From: Bacteroidota bacterium
Lineage (GTDB): Bacteria; Bacteroidota; Bacteroidia; AKYH767-A; OLB10
Reading direction: 5' to 3'
Assembly (NCBI GenBank): GCA_963169675.1
Contig: CAUJFJ010000009.1
Location: forward strand, 256 to 64,255
DNA length: 64,000 nucleotides
Of the stretch, positions 18,709 to 28,327 are shown one piece after another. Made by a program: the position numbers and the translations under genes. The number at the start of each line of letters is the position of its first letter. The first letter of the stretch is position 1. The notes beneath the pieces are model-generated. The model was not told the origin of the DNA. It did not search any database and was given only the letters and a program-made list of their open reading frames with translations.

Positions 18709-19629
18709 TCACCGGAATTCCCAAGCCATTACTGAGCGGTCATCACTTGCCGAAAGCAGCAAGCCATTGGCAAGAAAGAGTAATTTATTAACGGAATTAA
18801 CATGACCGCTATCTGAAATTTTATCGATACGTTTGATGATTTCAAAAGTGGTCCCATCCCATATTTTTATTGTTTTATCGCGACTGCCGGTTGCAAAAAT
18901 ATTTTCTGTTGGATGCAGGACAATAGAATAAATGGCATAATTATGAGCTGGAATTTTTTGTGTCATTTTATAACTAGCTGTCACATCATAAACTTGCAAA
19001 TGAGCATCGCGTGAGCCGCTGAATAATTGGTTGCCATCCCGACTAAACGTTAATGCATTCACAGAAAATCCGGGTTGATGTGCTTGCCATAAGTGAATAA
19101 GTTTTAAGTCAGGCAACGAAAAAATGGCAATGCTTCCATCGGCAACACCAATAGCCACCATTTGTTCTTGTGGGTGAATAGCAGCAACACGAAGCTTACC
19201 ATCGCCAATTTGTATAATTCTTTTTAGTGACAAATCATGCTCATTGATCACGCCGAGTGTCCCATCCCCGCCAAGGGAAAAAATTAAATTGCTTTTAGGT
19301 GCAAGAGCCAAATCAAAAATTGGAGACTTGTGATATTGCAGTAATCGTTCTTCTTTACGTGAGTTCAAATTCACCACATGAATACCACCAGTTGCTTGGC
19401 CGGCTAACAACAATTCCTGTTGAGGTAATTTCAATAGCGAATAAATAATTTCAGTAGTACGGGCAACAACACTTCCATTTTCCGGATTACCGGGCTCCCA
19501 CTCAGCAATAATGCGATCGCCACCTGCAGACAGGAAATTCGATGTATTTAATGCTGGTGATAAAGCATAAACCGAACCGGTATGTCCGGTGAAGTCCGCT
19601 TTTTTGCTGACCTTCATGGTATCGTTCAT
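18709..19629 (-). CDS. WD40-repeat beta-propeller protein
   Basis: Repeated GSRD..L.VYD / GSRDKTIKIWD WD-type motifs. Confidence 0.55.
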   Translation of the reverse strand: MNDTMKVSKKADFTGHTGSVYALSPALNTSNFLSAGGDRIIAEWEPGNPENGSVVARTTEIIYSLLKLPQQELLLAGQATGGIHVVNLNSRKEERLLQYHKSPIFDLALAPKSNLIFSLGGDGTLGVINEHDLSLKRIIQIGDGKLRVAAIHPQEQMVAIGVADGSIAIFSLPDLKLIHLWQAHQPGFSVNALTFSRDGNQLFSGSRDAHLQVYDVTASYKMTQKIPAHNYAIYSIVLHPTENIFATGSRDKTIKIWDGTTFEIIKRIDKISDSGHVNSVNKLLFLANGLLLSASDDRSVMAWEFR

Positions 19630-19780
19630 GCCTCAAAAATACCGAATGTTGGCAGGTTTCTGTCGAATGGGCAGAAAATTGTGTGATGAAATGCGACTTT
19701 TACTGCCATTTGGTGTTAGAATGATTGTATCCCAACCTCATGGAATGGTTTTAGTGCAGCTGAAATATCAAATTTGAAAG

Positions 19781-20545
19781 ATGGATCAGGAAGTCAAGAG
19801 AATGATAAAGAGCTTTTTGCCGGGGTTGGCATTAGTAGCTGCATTTTGGCTGGTGAAGTGGCTCGAGATCCAATCGGGATATCTACTTACAGAGTATGGG
19901 GTGCTTCCCAGAACCTGGAGCGGACTTAAAGGTGTGATAACCAGTCCGTTTATTCATGGTGACATGAAGCATTTGATATCCAATTCCCTGCCTTTACTGG
20001 TGCTGCTATCGGGGTTGTTTTATTTCTATAAAGCAATGGCTTATAGGGTGTTTGCAGGCATTTTTTTCCTTGGCGGGATATGGTTGTGGATCGGTGGCCG
20101 GGAATCGTATCATATTGGTGCCAGTGGACTCGTATATGGATTGACCACGTTTTTGTTCTTAAGTGGCGTGGTAAGAAGGGAAGCAAGGTTGATGGCTCTT
20201 TCTCTGTTGGTGGTTTTCCTCTATGGCGGGATGGTATGGGGCGTTTTCCCATTATTTAAGGGCATCTCGTGGGAAGCTCATTTATTTGGAGCTTTTGCAG
20301 GAATTTTATTAGCTATTGTTTATCGTAAAGAAGGACCGCAACGAAAAATGTATGAATGGGAAAAAGAAGGTAATGACGATGATGTGGATGATGGTCCCGA
20401 TGCCTATTGGAAAATTCCCACTACACAGGTAACTTTACCACCTGCACCCGAACCTGTGGAAGTTAAGCCGGAGCCGCCACCAGTTACCATTCGATACATT
20501 TATACCACACCGGAAAAACCAAATTCAACTGATGAAAAAAATTGA
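19781..20545 (+). CDS. Rhomboid-family intramembrane serine protease with a Pro-rich C-terminal tail
   Basis: GASG catalytic serine motif (HIGASGLVYG) and a downstream catalytic His in AHLFGAFAG, with multiple TM helices. Confidence 0.65.
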   Translation: MDQEVKRMIKSFLPGLALVAAFWLVKWLEIQSGYLLTEYGVLPRTWSGLKGVITSPFIHGDMKHLISNSLPLLVLLSGLFYFYKAMAYRVFAGIFFLGGIWLWIGGRESYHIGASGLVYGLTTFLFLSGVVRREARLMALSLLVVFLYGGMVWGVFPLFKGISWEAHLFGAFAGILLAIVYRKEGPQRKMYEWEKEGNDDDVDDGPDAYWKIPTTQVTLPPAPEPVEVKPEPPPVTIRYIYTTPEKPNSTDEKN

Positions 20546-20933
20546 ACATATAGGCATAGCCGTTAGAAGTCTGGAAGTTTCCAATCAGCTTTTCACGAAA
20601 TTATTTAATAAGGAGCCCTATAAAATGGAAGTGGTAGAATCGGAGGGGGTGTCAACTTCTTTTTTCATGACAGGAGAAAATAAAATCGAACTGCTCGAAG
20701 CAACCAATCCTGATAGTCCCATTGCAAAATTTATTGAAAAGAAAGGTGAAGGAATTCATCACATTGCTTTTGATGTTGATGATATTGTGGCTGAAATGAA
20801 ACGGTTGGAAGGAGAAGGGTTTGTTTTACTGAATAAAGAACCTAAGCCGGGTGCCGACAATAAACTGGTTTGTTTTTTACATCCTAAAGGAACGAATGGG
20901 GTTTTGATAGAGTTGTGTCAGGAGGTTAGGTAG
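20532..20933 (+). CDS. mce: Methylmalonyl-CoA epimerase (VOC/glyoxalase fold)
   Basis: IEHIGIAV...IHHIAFDVDDI...GVLIELC; 133 aa. Confidence 0.75.
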   Translation: MKKIEHIGIAVRSLEVSNQLFTKLFNKEPYKMEVVESEGVSTSFFMTGENKIELLEATNPDSPIAKFIEKKGEGIHHIAFDVDDIVAEMKRLEGEGFVLLNKEPKPGADNKLVCFLHPKGTNGVLIELCQEVR

Positions 20934-21010
20934 TTAATTAGGTGGTTAATTAGGTAGTTAATTAGGTAGTTAATTAAGTAGTTAATTAGGTGGTTAATTA
21001 GGTAGTTAAT
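20927..21010. repeat. 12-bp tandem repeat TAGGTRGTTAAT x7
   Basis: Near-perfect units starting inside the last codons of mce. Confidence 0.85.
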
Positions 21011-21016
21011 TTTTTA

Positions 21017-21379
21017 TATCGCCTTCGGCTCTTGGGTTATTTTAATTGCCTTCGGCTCTTGGGTTATTTTAATCGCCTTCGGCTCTTTGTGAGTTTTCGC
21101 CTTCGGCTCTTGGGTTATTTATTTCGCCTTCGGCTCTTTTTGGGTTTTCGCCTTCGGCTCTTGGGTTATTTTAATCGCCTTCGGCTCTTGAGTTATTTAT
21201 TTCGCCTTCGGCTCTATGCGAGTTTCGCCTTCGGCTCTTGGGTTATTTATATCGCCTTCGGCTCTTTTTGGATTTTCGCCTTCGGCTCTAGGGTTATTTA
21301 TTTCGCCTTCGGCTCTTTTTGGGTTTTCGCTTTCGGCTCTTTTTGGGTTTTCGCTTTCGGCTCTTGGATTATTTATTTT
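21017..21379. repeat. 24/27-bp compound tandem repeat x14 (CGCCTTCGGCTCT + TTGGGTTATTTWWWT or TTTTGGGTTTT)
   Basis: Fourteen units with a constant 13-bp core (GCCTTCGGC mini-palindrome) and two alternating variable tails. Confidence 0.85.
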
Positions 21380-21527
21380 CAAGATATATGCCCCTTTTGG
21401 GGGATATGAAATGAGATAGATCGACCTTATTTGATCAAATTACCCTTTTTGGGGTATTTTATATCATGCTAATATGTTAGAGTTTTGTAGCAGTGTAAAT
21501 TCTGCTCACAATAAAAGATGGTCTGTC

Positions 21528-22862
21528 ATGTATAAGGTTAAATTCATTTTCATATTAATGTTGGCTCTAATGTGGCAACTTGGGGTTAGCCAAAAAACAC
21601 CTGCAGTTAATGCAGTACCCATGTCCGATTCATTAGTTTTTTCAAGTGCAGCAGCAGTATCTAATACAACAATTACTTATAATTGGTTAGCAAAAAAGTA
21701 TTATTCAATTCGGGTAGGAAACATTAATTTTCCTATCGAAACCTGGAATGAAACTGGTGGGCTATCAGTTTTTCAGGATACTGCAGGGATAGACTCCCGA
21801 GGTATTTGGTGGAATCCAAATTTAAATCAGCTCGAAAGAAACTGTTTCAATTCAATTGGTTGGAGTACGATTCAATTGAATGGTTCAAGCAACGCAACTA
21901 GAAATTTTACCATGCTTTTTACAGGATTGAATCAACCAAATGCTCAATCATGTGGGGCATATGATTTCAAAACAAATACGGTTTTATTTTGCTTCGGTGG
22001 TCAAATGTATGTTTATGATAGAAATACGGCTTTATTAGTCGGAATTATTCCGTTAACCGGTGTTTCATTTACGACGGTGAACCAAATTACAATTATGTAC
22101 ACCGGTCAAGTTGGCTATGAAATTGCGTTACTCGATTATACCGCTAAACGAATCTACCTGTTTGACAGGGTAAGCGGAGCATTGACCGGAGTAACACAAT
22201 TACCTGCTAGTGCGGTTACATCGGCAACCTATAGAGTAGGATATACCAATCAAAGGTTATGGTTGTTTAATTCTTCGGTAAAAACCTGGAATAGTTACTA
22301 CATTTGGAATGAGCCGCTACCGGTAGAGTTGGTCCATTTTTCTGCAAAAACAGCTGAAAATAAATTAGTGAAATGCACATGGACAACCGCATCGGAAATT
22401 AACAATGATTTTTTTGAAATTCAGAGAAGTGCTGATGGACAAAATTTTGAAACTATTGGTCTTGTTGATGGAACAGGAAGTACATCTTCGTACTCCAATT
22501 ACAATTTCACGGATGCAGGTCCATTGCAGGGACTCAATTATTACCGGCTACGCCAAAATGATTACAATGGGAACTTTGAATATAGCGAGATTGTCAAAGT
22601 TGAGGTGGCTTCTGTAACATACAGTGTGTATCCGAATCCAGTAAAAGAAAAATATTATCTGAAATTGGATGAAGAAGACAAATCTGTTACGCAAATTATT
22701 CAGCTACATAATGCCTTGGGAGAAATTGTATTTAGCAAAAGAATTGGGGAGAATGAGAAAAGTGTTGAGCTGGATCGCGCAGGTTTCCCTGCAGGGAATT
22801 ATTTCCTGTCGGTAATACAGAATGGGGAAAAAAGATATAGTGAGAGGATAAGTTTTGAATAA
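21528..22862 (+). CDS. Secreted protein with a T9SS type-A C-terminal sorting domain
   Basis: Start placed at ATG 21528 for the signal peptide MYKVKFIFILMLALMWQLGVSQ. C-terminal YPNPVKEKYYLKL...GNYFLSVIQNGEKRYSERISFE CTD. Confidence 0.6.
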   Translation: MYKVKFIFILMLALMWQLGVSQKTPAVNAVPMSDSLVFSSAAAVSNTTITYNWLAKKYYSIRVGNINFPIETWNETGGLSVFQDTAGIDSRGIWWNPNLNQLERNCFNSIGWSTIQLNGSSNATRNFTMLFTGLNQPNAQSCGAYDFKTNTVLFCFGGQMYVYDRNTALLVGIIPLTGVSFTTVNQITIMYTGQVGYEIALLDYTAKRIYLFDRVSGALTGVTQLPASAVTSATYRVGYTNQRLWLFNSSVKTWNSYYIWNEPLPVELVHFSAKTAENKLVKCTWTTASEINNDFFEIQRSADGQNFETIGLVDGTGSTSSYSNYNFTDAGPLQGLNYYRLRQNDYNGNFEYSEIVKVEVASVTYSVYPNPVKEKYYLKLDEEDKSVTQIIQLHNALGEIVFSKRIGENEKSVELDRAGFPAGNYFLSVIQNGEKRYSERISFE

Positions 22863-22902
22863 TGTAGATAACTACGATTTAGTTTAATTTGGTTCAAATC
22901 CG

Positions 22903-23523
22903 CTACAGACCTAAATGTTTGGTCATTAAATTTTCAACTGTATCTCCATCCTTAAGATGCCATGCAGTCAAGCCATATTTTTGTGCGCCTTCGATATGTT
23001 GAGGTGAGTCGTCTATAAACACAGTTTCATTCAGATCAAGGTTATTTTCTGTTACTACCAGATCAAATATATCCGCATTCGGCTTTCTTAAACCGATATT
23101 ACATGACAAATATATTTTATCGAAGCAACTTTCGAAAGTTCCTACTCCATGCGTATCGGAAATAATTTTAGAGAATGCTTTCACATGAATTCGGTTGGTA
23201 TTGCTGAGTAAAAAAATACGATACTTCGGACGTAAGCTCTGCAGCCATTTCATTCTTGAAACAGGAATATTAATTAGCATGGCATTCCAGGCTTCATCAA
23301 TTTGTTGATCCGTTATTTCATGAGAAATGTGTTTGCGGATTTCTGTACGGAATTGGTCGTTCGAGAAATGACCGGTTTCAAAGTCATCAAAAAAATTGTC
23401 CTGTTTCTTTTTTGAATAAATTTCATCAAAATTGGTAATGCCTATTTTTTTAAATGCTTCTGCGGTGAAGTTGTAGTTGATATCGATTATTACTGCACCG
23501 AGGTCGAAGATGATATTTTTCAT
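22903..23523 (-). CDS. HAD-family (IA) hydrolase
   Basis: N-terminal DLGAV motif I and a downstream FIDDS motif IV. The start is taken at ATG 23523; the longer track ORF lacks a sensible N-terminus. Confidence 0.65.
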   Translation of the reverse strand: MKNIIFDLGAVIIDINYNFTAEAFKKIGITNFDEIYSKKKQDNFFDDFETGHFSNDQFRTEIRKHISHEITDQQIDEAWNAMLINIPVSRMKWLQSLRPKYRIFLLSNTNRIHVKAFSKIISDTHGVGTFESCFDKIYLSCNIGLRKPNADIFDLVVTENNLDLNETVFIDDSPQHIEGAQKYGLTAWHLKDGDTVENLMTKHLGL

Positions 23524-23590
23524 GGCTGAGGTAAGAAGTATTATGTGAGAAGTTGTAACTCTGAAGTAGAGTATACTAACTTGAGGGCAA

Positions 23591-23743
23591 ACTGGCAACT
23601 GATTACTGATAACTAATAACTAATAACTGATCACTAATAACTGGTCACTAATAACTGGTCACTAATAACTGGTCACTAATAACTGGTCACTGATAACTGG
23701 TCACTGATAACTGGTCACTGATAACTGGTCACTGATAACTGGT
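23591..23743. repeat. 14-bp minisatellite ACTRATAACTGGTC, at least 8 perfect units plus degenerate leaders
   Basis: Four ACTAATAACTGGTC units then four ACTGATAACTGGTC units, about 70 bp upstream of the HAD hydrolase start. Confidence 0.9.
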
Positions 23744-23885
23744 AAGGGTTCAAAGATACAAAGGATTGACCTATCAGGAAAGTGCATTGACCATACATAT
23801 AGTGGCGTTTGTCATATTTATGGCAGACTATTCATGAATTAGTTTAATTTAATCTGGTGGTTACCAATTAATTTAACTGAAGGAC

Positions 23886-25559
23886 ATGATACGTAAAGAG
23901 CTTTATTTTCTGATATTACCATTTTTGGTTCACACGGATTCCAGTGAGGGGCAAGCAATAATTATGAATCCTGACATTCAGCATGAGCAACTGATGGAAG
24001 TTCAGCCTATGGCTGTTCGTATTGCGAAATGTGATGGAGATGGTCATTTATACTATATTTCATTTAACGGTGATGTTTATCGAATCGATCAGGAGCCTGG
24101 TCTGCCGGCAACAGATGCTTTAGTAGCAACAGAAGCTGATCATGGAATTAATTATTTGCAGGGTCTTGCAATAAGTGACAGTACTATTTATTTGAGTGGA
24201 AATTATAAGGAAGCTGGAGTTCCCGGACATGGGATTGTTGCCAGAGGTCAATTGCAGGTTAATGGTAGCTGGGTATGGAGTAATTTAATGACCACAGAAC
24301 CCTATGCAAGCTCAGCTCATTTGTTTGATCATGCTTTCAGTGGACTTTGTTTAAATCCGTCTAAGGATTCAATTATAGTGTGCAGTGGTTCCCGTACCGA
24401 TCATGGTGAGGTTCAGGTTTCAGGAGGGATGTTTCCCGGATACCGGGAAGTTCCTTTGACTTCTTCGATTTTCAGGCTGCCGGTAACCGCTACTAATTTG
24501 ATATTGCAAAATGATTCTGCATGGTTGAGTGCTTCCGGTTATGTTTTTGCAAGAGGCTTCAGAAATGCTTTTGATGTGGCATACGATAAAAATGGAAATT
24601 TATTTGCCGTTGAAAATTCAGGTGACCGCGATGATCCGGATGAATTGAATTGGATACAGCAAGGTCGCCATTATGGATTTCCCTGGGTGATGGGCGGTAA
24701 TTTCACCGGACAGCAATCTCTTTCATATGATCCAACTGCTGACTTGCTGATCAATCATGGTTGTTTAGCCTGGCAAAATAATTTTTTCTATAATGATCCC
24801 GGTTATCCCCAAATGCCTTCGGGATTGGTGATTACACAAGGACTTCGTAATTCAGGTCCCGATACAGATATCTGGCGAAATCCGGCTACCGGTTCTGTAA
24901 TTGATATAAGCAGCACTCCGGGTTATCAAATCCGAACATTTACTTCTCATAAATCACCATTAGGATTGGTTTTCGATAAAACAGATGCATTAGGTGGAAA
25001 TTATACCGGAGATGGATTTGTGCTTGGCTATACAATGGGTTGTTCCGATTCGTCTGGTTATGTTTCGGGTTACGGACTTGCACCTGCAATGGATGTAGGT
25101 GAAGACTTGCTTCAAATGAAATTCACCTTCGATCCATTGTTTAGTGATTACATAATCTCAACTACCCGAATAGCATCCGGATTTAAAAGTCCTGTTGATG
25201 CTGAACTCGTTGGAAATGTACTTTACGTAATTGAAAATGGATATCCGGGAGGTCCAAATATTCCCAAAATATGGAAGTTAACGTTTCCGGATAATGCAAC
25301 AGGAATTGAAACTATAAATAAAAGTAAGAGAACCCTCTTCCCTGTGCCTTCCAATGGAATTGTAAATGTGGAAGGCGGATCTGCTGGTGATGTGATTCTT
25401 ATTTCTGACCTATCAGGAAAAAATTTGCAAAAATTTATTGCGGATGCAAGTACATTACAAATGGATTTAAGTCATTTGGCTAATGGATATTATCTGATAA
25501 ATGTTTTTAATAGTGATCAAAAGATTTATAACGGGAAAATCATTATTTCCGGAAATTAG
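23886..25559 (+). CDS. PQQ-dependent sugar (sorbosone/glucose) dehydrogenase-like beta-propeller with a T9SS C-terminal sorting domain
   Basis: RGFRNAFDVAYD...SGDRDDPDELNWIQQGRHYGFPW matches the soluble quinoprotein dehydrogenase DELN..G.NYGWP region. C-terminal LFPVPSNGIVNVE...YYLINVFNSDQKIYNGKIIISGN CTD. Confidence 0.5.
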   Translation: MIRKELYFLILPFLVHTDSSEGQAIIMNPDIQHEQLMEVQPMAVRIAKCDGDGHLYYISFNGDVYRIDQEPGLPATDALVATEADHGINYLQGLAISDSTIYLSGNYKEAGVPGHGIVARGQLQVNGSWVWSNLMTTEPYASSAHLFDHAFSGLCLNPSKDSIIVCSGSRTDHGEVQVSGGMFPGYREVPLTSSIFRLPVTATNLILQNDSAWLSASGYVFARGFRNAFDVAYDKNGNLFAVENSGDRDDPDELNWIQQGRHYGFPWVMGGNFTGQQSLSYDPTADLLINHGCLAWQNNFFYNDPGYPQMPSGLVITQGLRNSGPDTDIWRNPATGSVIDISSTPGYQIRTFTSHKSPLGLVFDKTDALGGNYTGDGFVLGYTMGCSDSSGYVSGYGLAPAMDVGEDLLQMKFTFDPLFSDYIISTTRIASGFKSPVDAELVGNVLYVIENGYPGGPNIPKIWKLTFPDNATGIETINKSKRTLFPVPSNGIVNVEGGSAGDVILISDLSGKNLQKFIADASTLQMDLSHLANGYYLINVFNSDQKIYNGKIIISGN

Positions 25560-25858
25560 AAATTAGTATTTAAAACGTTTTTTTTGTTGAAATGTGGGGA
25601 AAAGAATTCCTGATATGCAACTATTTCCCCTGATTTATCCAGTATTACATCTAATTTATTCTCAGAAATTTATGGCACAATAATTTATATATAATTATTG
25701 TAAAAGTTTTTTGCTTAGGAGTGATTTCAAAATTGAGGTCTGAGAAAACATCCTAAAAACTTGAACCGGGTAATACCGGCGAAAGGAAAGCAGATAACGG
25801 ACACACAACCTCCGGTGTAATAGCCGGAGGTTACTTTATAACTAAAAAATACGCTATC

Positions 25859-26089
25859 ATGCAAACGAATCCACAAAAACCCGAAAAGGATATTCCAGCG
25901 AAACCCGATCATAACCCAGATCCTACTAAGCCGGGTCCTGCGAATGATCCTGCAAAAGTTGACCCTACCAGAATTGAGGCGCCTGGACAAAATGACCCAA
26001 CGCGTATTGACAGTCCACCTCCTTTTAATCCGCAAATTCCTTCAGTTCCCCCTCAGGAAAGAGAGGAAATACTTAAAAAATTCTATTGA
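25859..26089 (+). CDS. Pro-rich low-complexity small ORF (76 aa), hypothetical
   Basis: An ORF only; PxxP-rich with no signal peptide. Confidence 0.2.
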   Translation: MQTNPQKPEKDIPAKPDHNPDPTKPGPANDPAKVDPTRIEAPGQNDPTRIDSPPPFNPQIPSVPPQEREEILKKFY

Positions 26090-26096
26090 TTTTTTG

Positions 26097-26966
26097 TTAG
26101 CCGTTAATTATTTCACCACCATTAACATGAATCATTTGCCCGGTGATGTAGGAACTTTCATTGCTTGCAAGCCACACATATGCAGGAGCCACTTCCTGTG
26201 GATAACCTGCTCTTTTTAAGGAAGTATTTTTGCCAAATTTTTCAAGATGTGCTTTGTCAAATGCATGCACTACCAGTGGTGTCCAGATCGGACCCGGCGC
26301 AACGCCATTGACTCTTATTTTTTTCTTTGCAAGATTTTGTGCAAGTGAACGGGTAAAAGTAACCACAGCACCTTTTGAAGCTGAATAATCCAATAAATGA
26401 TCACTGCCCCTGTAAGCTACCACAGATGCTGTATTTATAATTACACCGCCTGGTTTCATGTATTTAAGAGCTGCCTGAGTAAAATAAAATAAAGGGAAAG
26501 TATTAACTGCAAAAGTCTTTTGAATTTGTTCTGGTTCGATTTCTTCGATCGAAGGAGAGTCTTCGTGCATTCCTGCATTGTTAACCAAAATATCAATTCT
26601 ACCAAATTTTTTGAATGTTTGATGAATTGCACTTTTGCAGAACTTAACAGAACTGATGTCCCCCTTTAGTAATATGCATTTGGCGCCTTCATGTTCAACC
26701 AGATTTTGAGTTTCTAATGCATCTTCATCACTTTTAAGGTAAACTATTGCTATCATAGCTCCTTCTCTCGCGTAGTGTAACGCAATGGCTCTTCCAATGC
26801 CACTATCACCACCTGTTATGAGTGCAACCTTATCCAGTAGTTTGTCTGTTCCAATAAAGTTTTTGCTGATGTATGGCTTATCAAGGTGTTTTTGAAATTT
26901 CTCTTTTCCCTTTTCACCGCTTTTTGAAATATCAGTGAGATTTGATTTTGATTTCTCTTTTTTCAT
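26097..26966 (-). CDS. SDR-family NAD(P)-dependent oxidoreductase (YghA/YhdF-like)
   Basis: ALITGGDSGIGRA Rossmann motif, NNAG, and the catalytic Y-x3-K in SASKGAV. Confidence 0.8.
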   Translation of the reverse strand: MKKEKSKSNLTDISKSGEKGKEKFQKHLDKPYISKNFIGTDKLLDKVALITGGDSGIGRAIALHYAREGAMIAIVYLKSDEDALETQNLVEHEGAKCILLKGDISSVKFCKSAIHQTFKKFGRIDILVNNAGMHEDSPSIEEIEPEQIQKTFAVNTFPLFYFTQAALKYMKPGGVIINTASVVAYRGSDHLLDYSASKGAVVTFTRSLAQNLAKKKIRVNGVAPGPIWTPLVVHAFDKAHLEKFGKNTSLKRAGYPQEVAPAYVWLASNESSYITGQMIHVNGGEIING

Positions 26967-27260
26967 GATTTCGGGATTTTAATAATCCTGTATTTATATA
27001 TCAAATTATAATGGAACAATTGTGCCATTTTACACCAGGAATCTTGTATACCTGCCAGGAAAGATCAAAATCATACTTTAATTTATTGCTTATATTTTCT
27101 GTAGTTGCTCATGATGTGTAACCATTTGCAATTATTGCGATTTCTATAGGGAAAAAACTCCGCAATTCTATTGCTTAAAATTTGTAATCTATGACAAATC
27201 AAGCACTTATTGAATATGGTATAAATTTTTATGTGTAGGAAATGCCTAATAAACTAATAT

Positions 27261-27620
27261 ATGAAAAATCAAACTCAGCCATTCGAAACCCGTGAACACG
27301 ATTTAACAGGATCTGCATCAATGGATTTTTATGATGATACATCAGTAAGTTTATTTGATACAGTTGTTCCTGGATTAGACACCACCAGATTTGAGCCGGT
27401 TGCATTAAAACTTTATGTGTCGGGAAGTAAACCGATACTTACAGTATATGCATTAGACAATGAAGTTCCTAAAAGTGATTCTGATTCTGACGAAACGCGG
27501 GTGAGAAAGTTTAAAGTACCAATTAGCTGGACTAAATTATTTCGTTTTGTAAAAAGTTTAAACTTGGTTGTTCACAACAAAAAAATTAACATGGAGGATT
27601 TGATTGTTGACAGGAAGTAA
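27261..27620 (+). CDS. Hypothetical protein
   Basis: An ORF of plausible composition with no recognisable motif. Confidence 0.3.
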   Translation: MKNQTQPFETREHDLTGSASMDFYDDTSVSLFDTVVPGLDTTRFEPVALKLYVSGSKPILTVYALDNEVPKSDSDSDETRVRKFKVPISWTKLFRFVKSLNLVVHNKKINMEDLIVDRK

Positions 27621-27625
27621 TCGGA

Positions 27626-28102
27626 TTATTTAATTACTGAATCTATCAATTGAAACATTTCTTTAACTGCTTTTTTCTTAATTTGTAGCGGAGTACCACG
27701 AAATACCTTCCTAACAGTTTTTACTTTGGTGCCATTGTACACTGATAAAAATACAGTTCCTTTGGGATGTCGGGCTTCAGCGTCCGAAGTTGCTAATCCG
27801 GTTATTGCGCCATAGATATTTGCTTTAATCAAATGTGATAAATTTCTCGCAAGCATTTCAGTAACTTGTTTTGAAACCGGAGAATATTTGATTATTAACA
27901 GAGGGGACACTTTTAAGAGTGAAATTTTCACGTTTTTATCATAACATATAATTGAGCCGGAATATATATCTTCAGTACCTCTGATCGTATTTAATTTATG
28001 TGAAACCAGGCCACATGTCATACTTTCTGCAAAGGCCAATTTCAGATGCCTGTATCTGACCTTTTTCAGAAAGGGATTCATTTTAAAACCCATTGCCTGC
28101 AA
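27626..28102 (-). CDS. CinA C-terminal domain protein (PncC-like nicotinamide-nucleotide amidohydrolase)
   Basis: LAFAESMTCGL and GLATSDAE patterns of the CinA-C family; 158 aa. Confidence 0.65.
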   Translation of the reverse strand: MQAMGFKMNPFLKKVRYRHLKLAFAESMTCGLVSHKLNTIRGTEDIYSGSIICYDKNVKISLLKVSPLLIIKYSPVSKQVTEMLARNLSHLIKANIYGAITGLATSDAEARHPKGTVFLSVYNGTKVKTVRKVFRGTPLQIKKKAVKEMFQLIDSVIK

Positions 28103-28327
28103 TTATCTAATAATTCGCATACCCTGATACATCCAAATTATAGAATTTCTGGATTTGTCATTAGAATTTTTAATATGTGCTTTAAGTCGTTTGATATTTA
28201 AGCTTCCCGTTTCGACTATAGCACGTGTAAGATCATTTAGTGAAACATTCCATTTGTTAGATAACTCGTGGAGTTGCGAGAAATCATCAAGTTTAATTTC
28301 CCGGTCTTTATTTAAGAATAGGTTCAT
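28103..28327 (-). CDS. DUF3606-like small protein
   Basis: [32 protein letters not shown] resembles the DUF3606 pattern (ID..E..YW..K.GVS..EL..AV...G). Confidence 0.35.
   Translation of the reverse strand: MNLFLNKDREIKLDDFSQLHELSNKWNVSLNDLTRAIVETGSLNIKRLKAHIKNSNDKSRNSIIWMYQGMRIIR

Noticed and set aside
21017-21379. Possible CRISPR array (regular 24-27-bp spacing)
   Set aside because: The 'spacers' are not unique: only two tail variants alternate. Units are shorter than CRISPR repeats and no cas genes are nearby. It is a compound minisatellite.
21032-21419. ORFs 21032..21409(+), 21216..21419(+) and 21197..21382(-) with periodic peptides (RLRLLGYFNRLRL / NPRAEGENPKRAE)
   Set aside because: They lie entirely inside the tandem-repeat array. 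The periodic low-complexity translation is a repeat artefact.
25727-26035. Minus-strand ORF of 102 aa overlapping the Pro-rich ORF
   Set aside because: Arg/Trp-rich junk-like translation of the antisense strand of a Pro-rich region.
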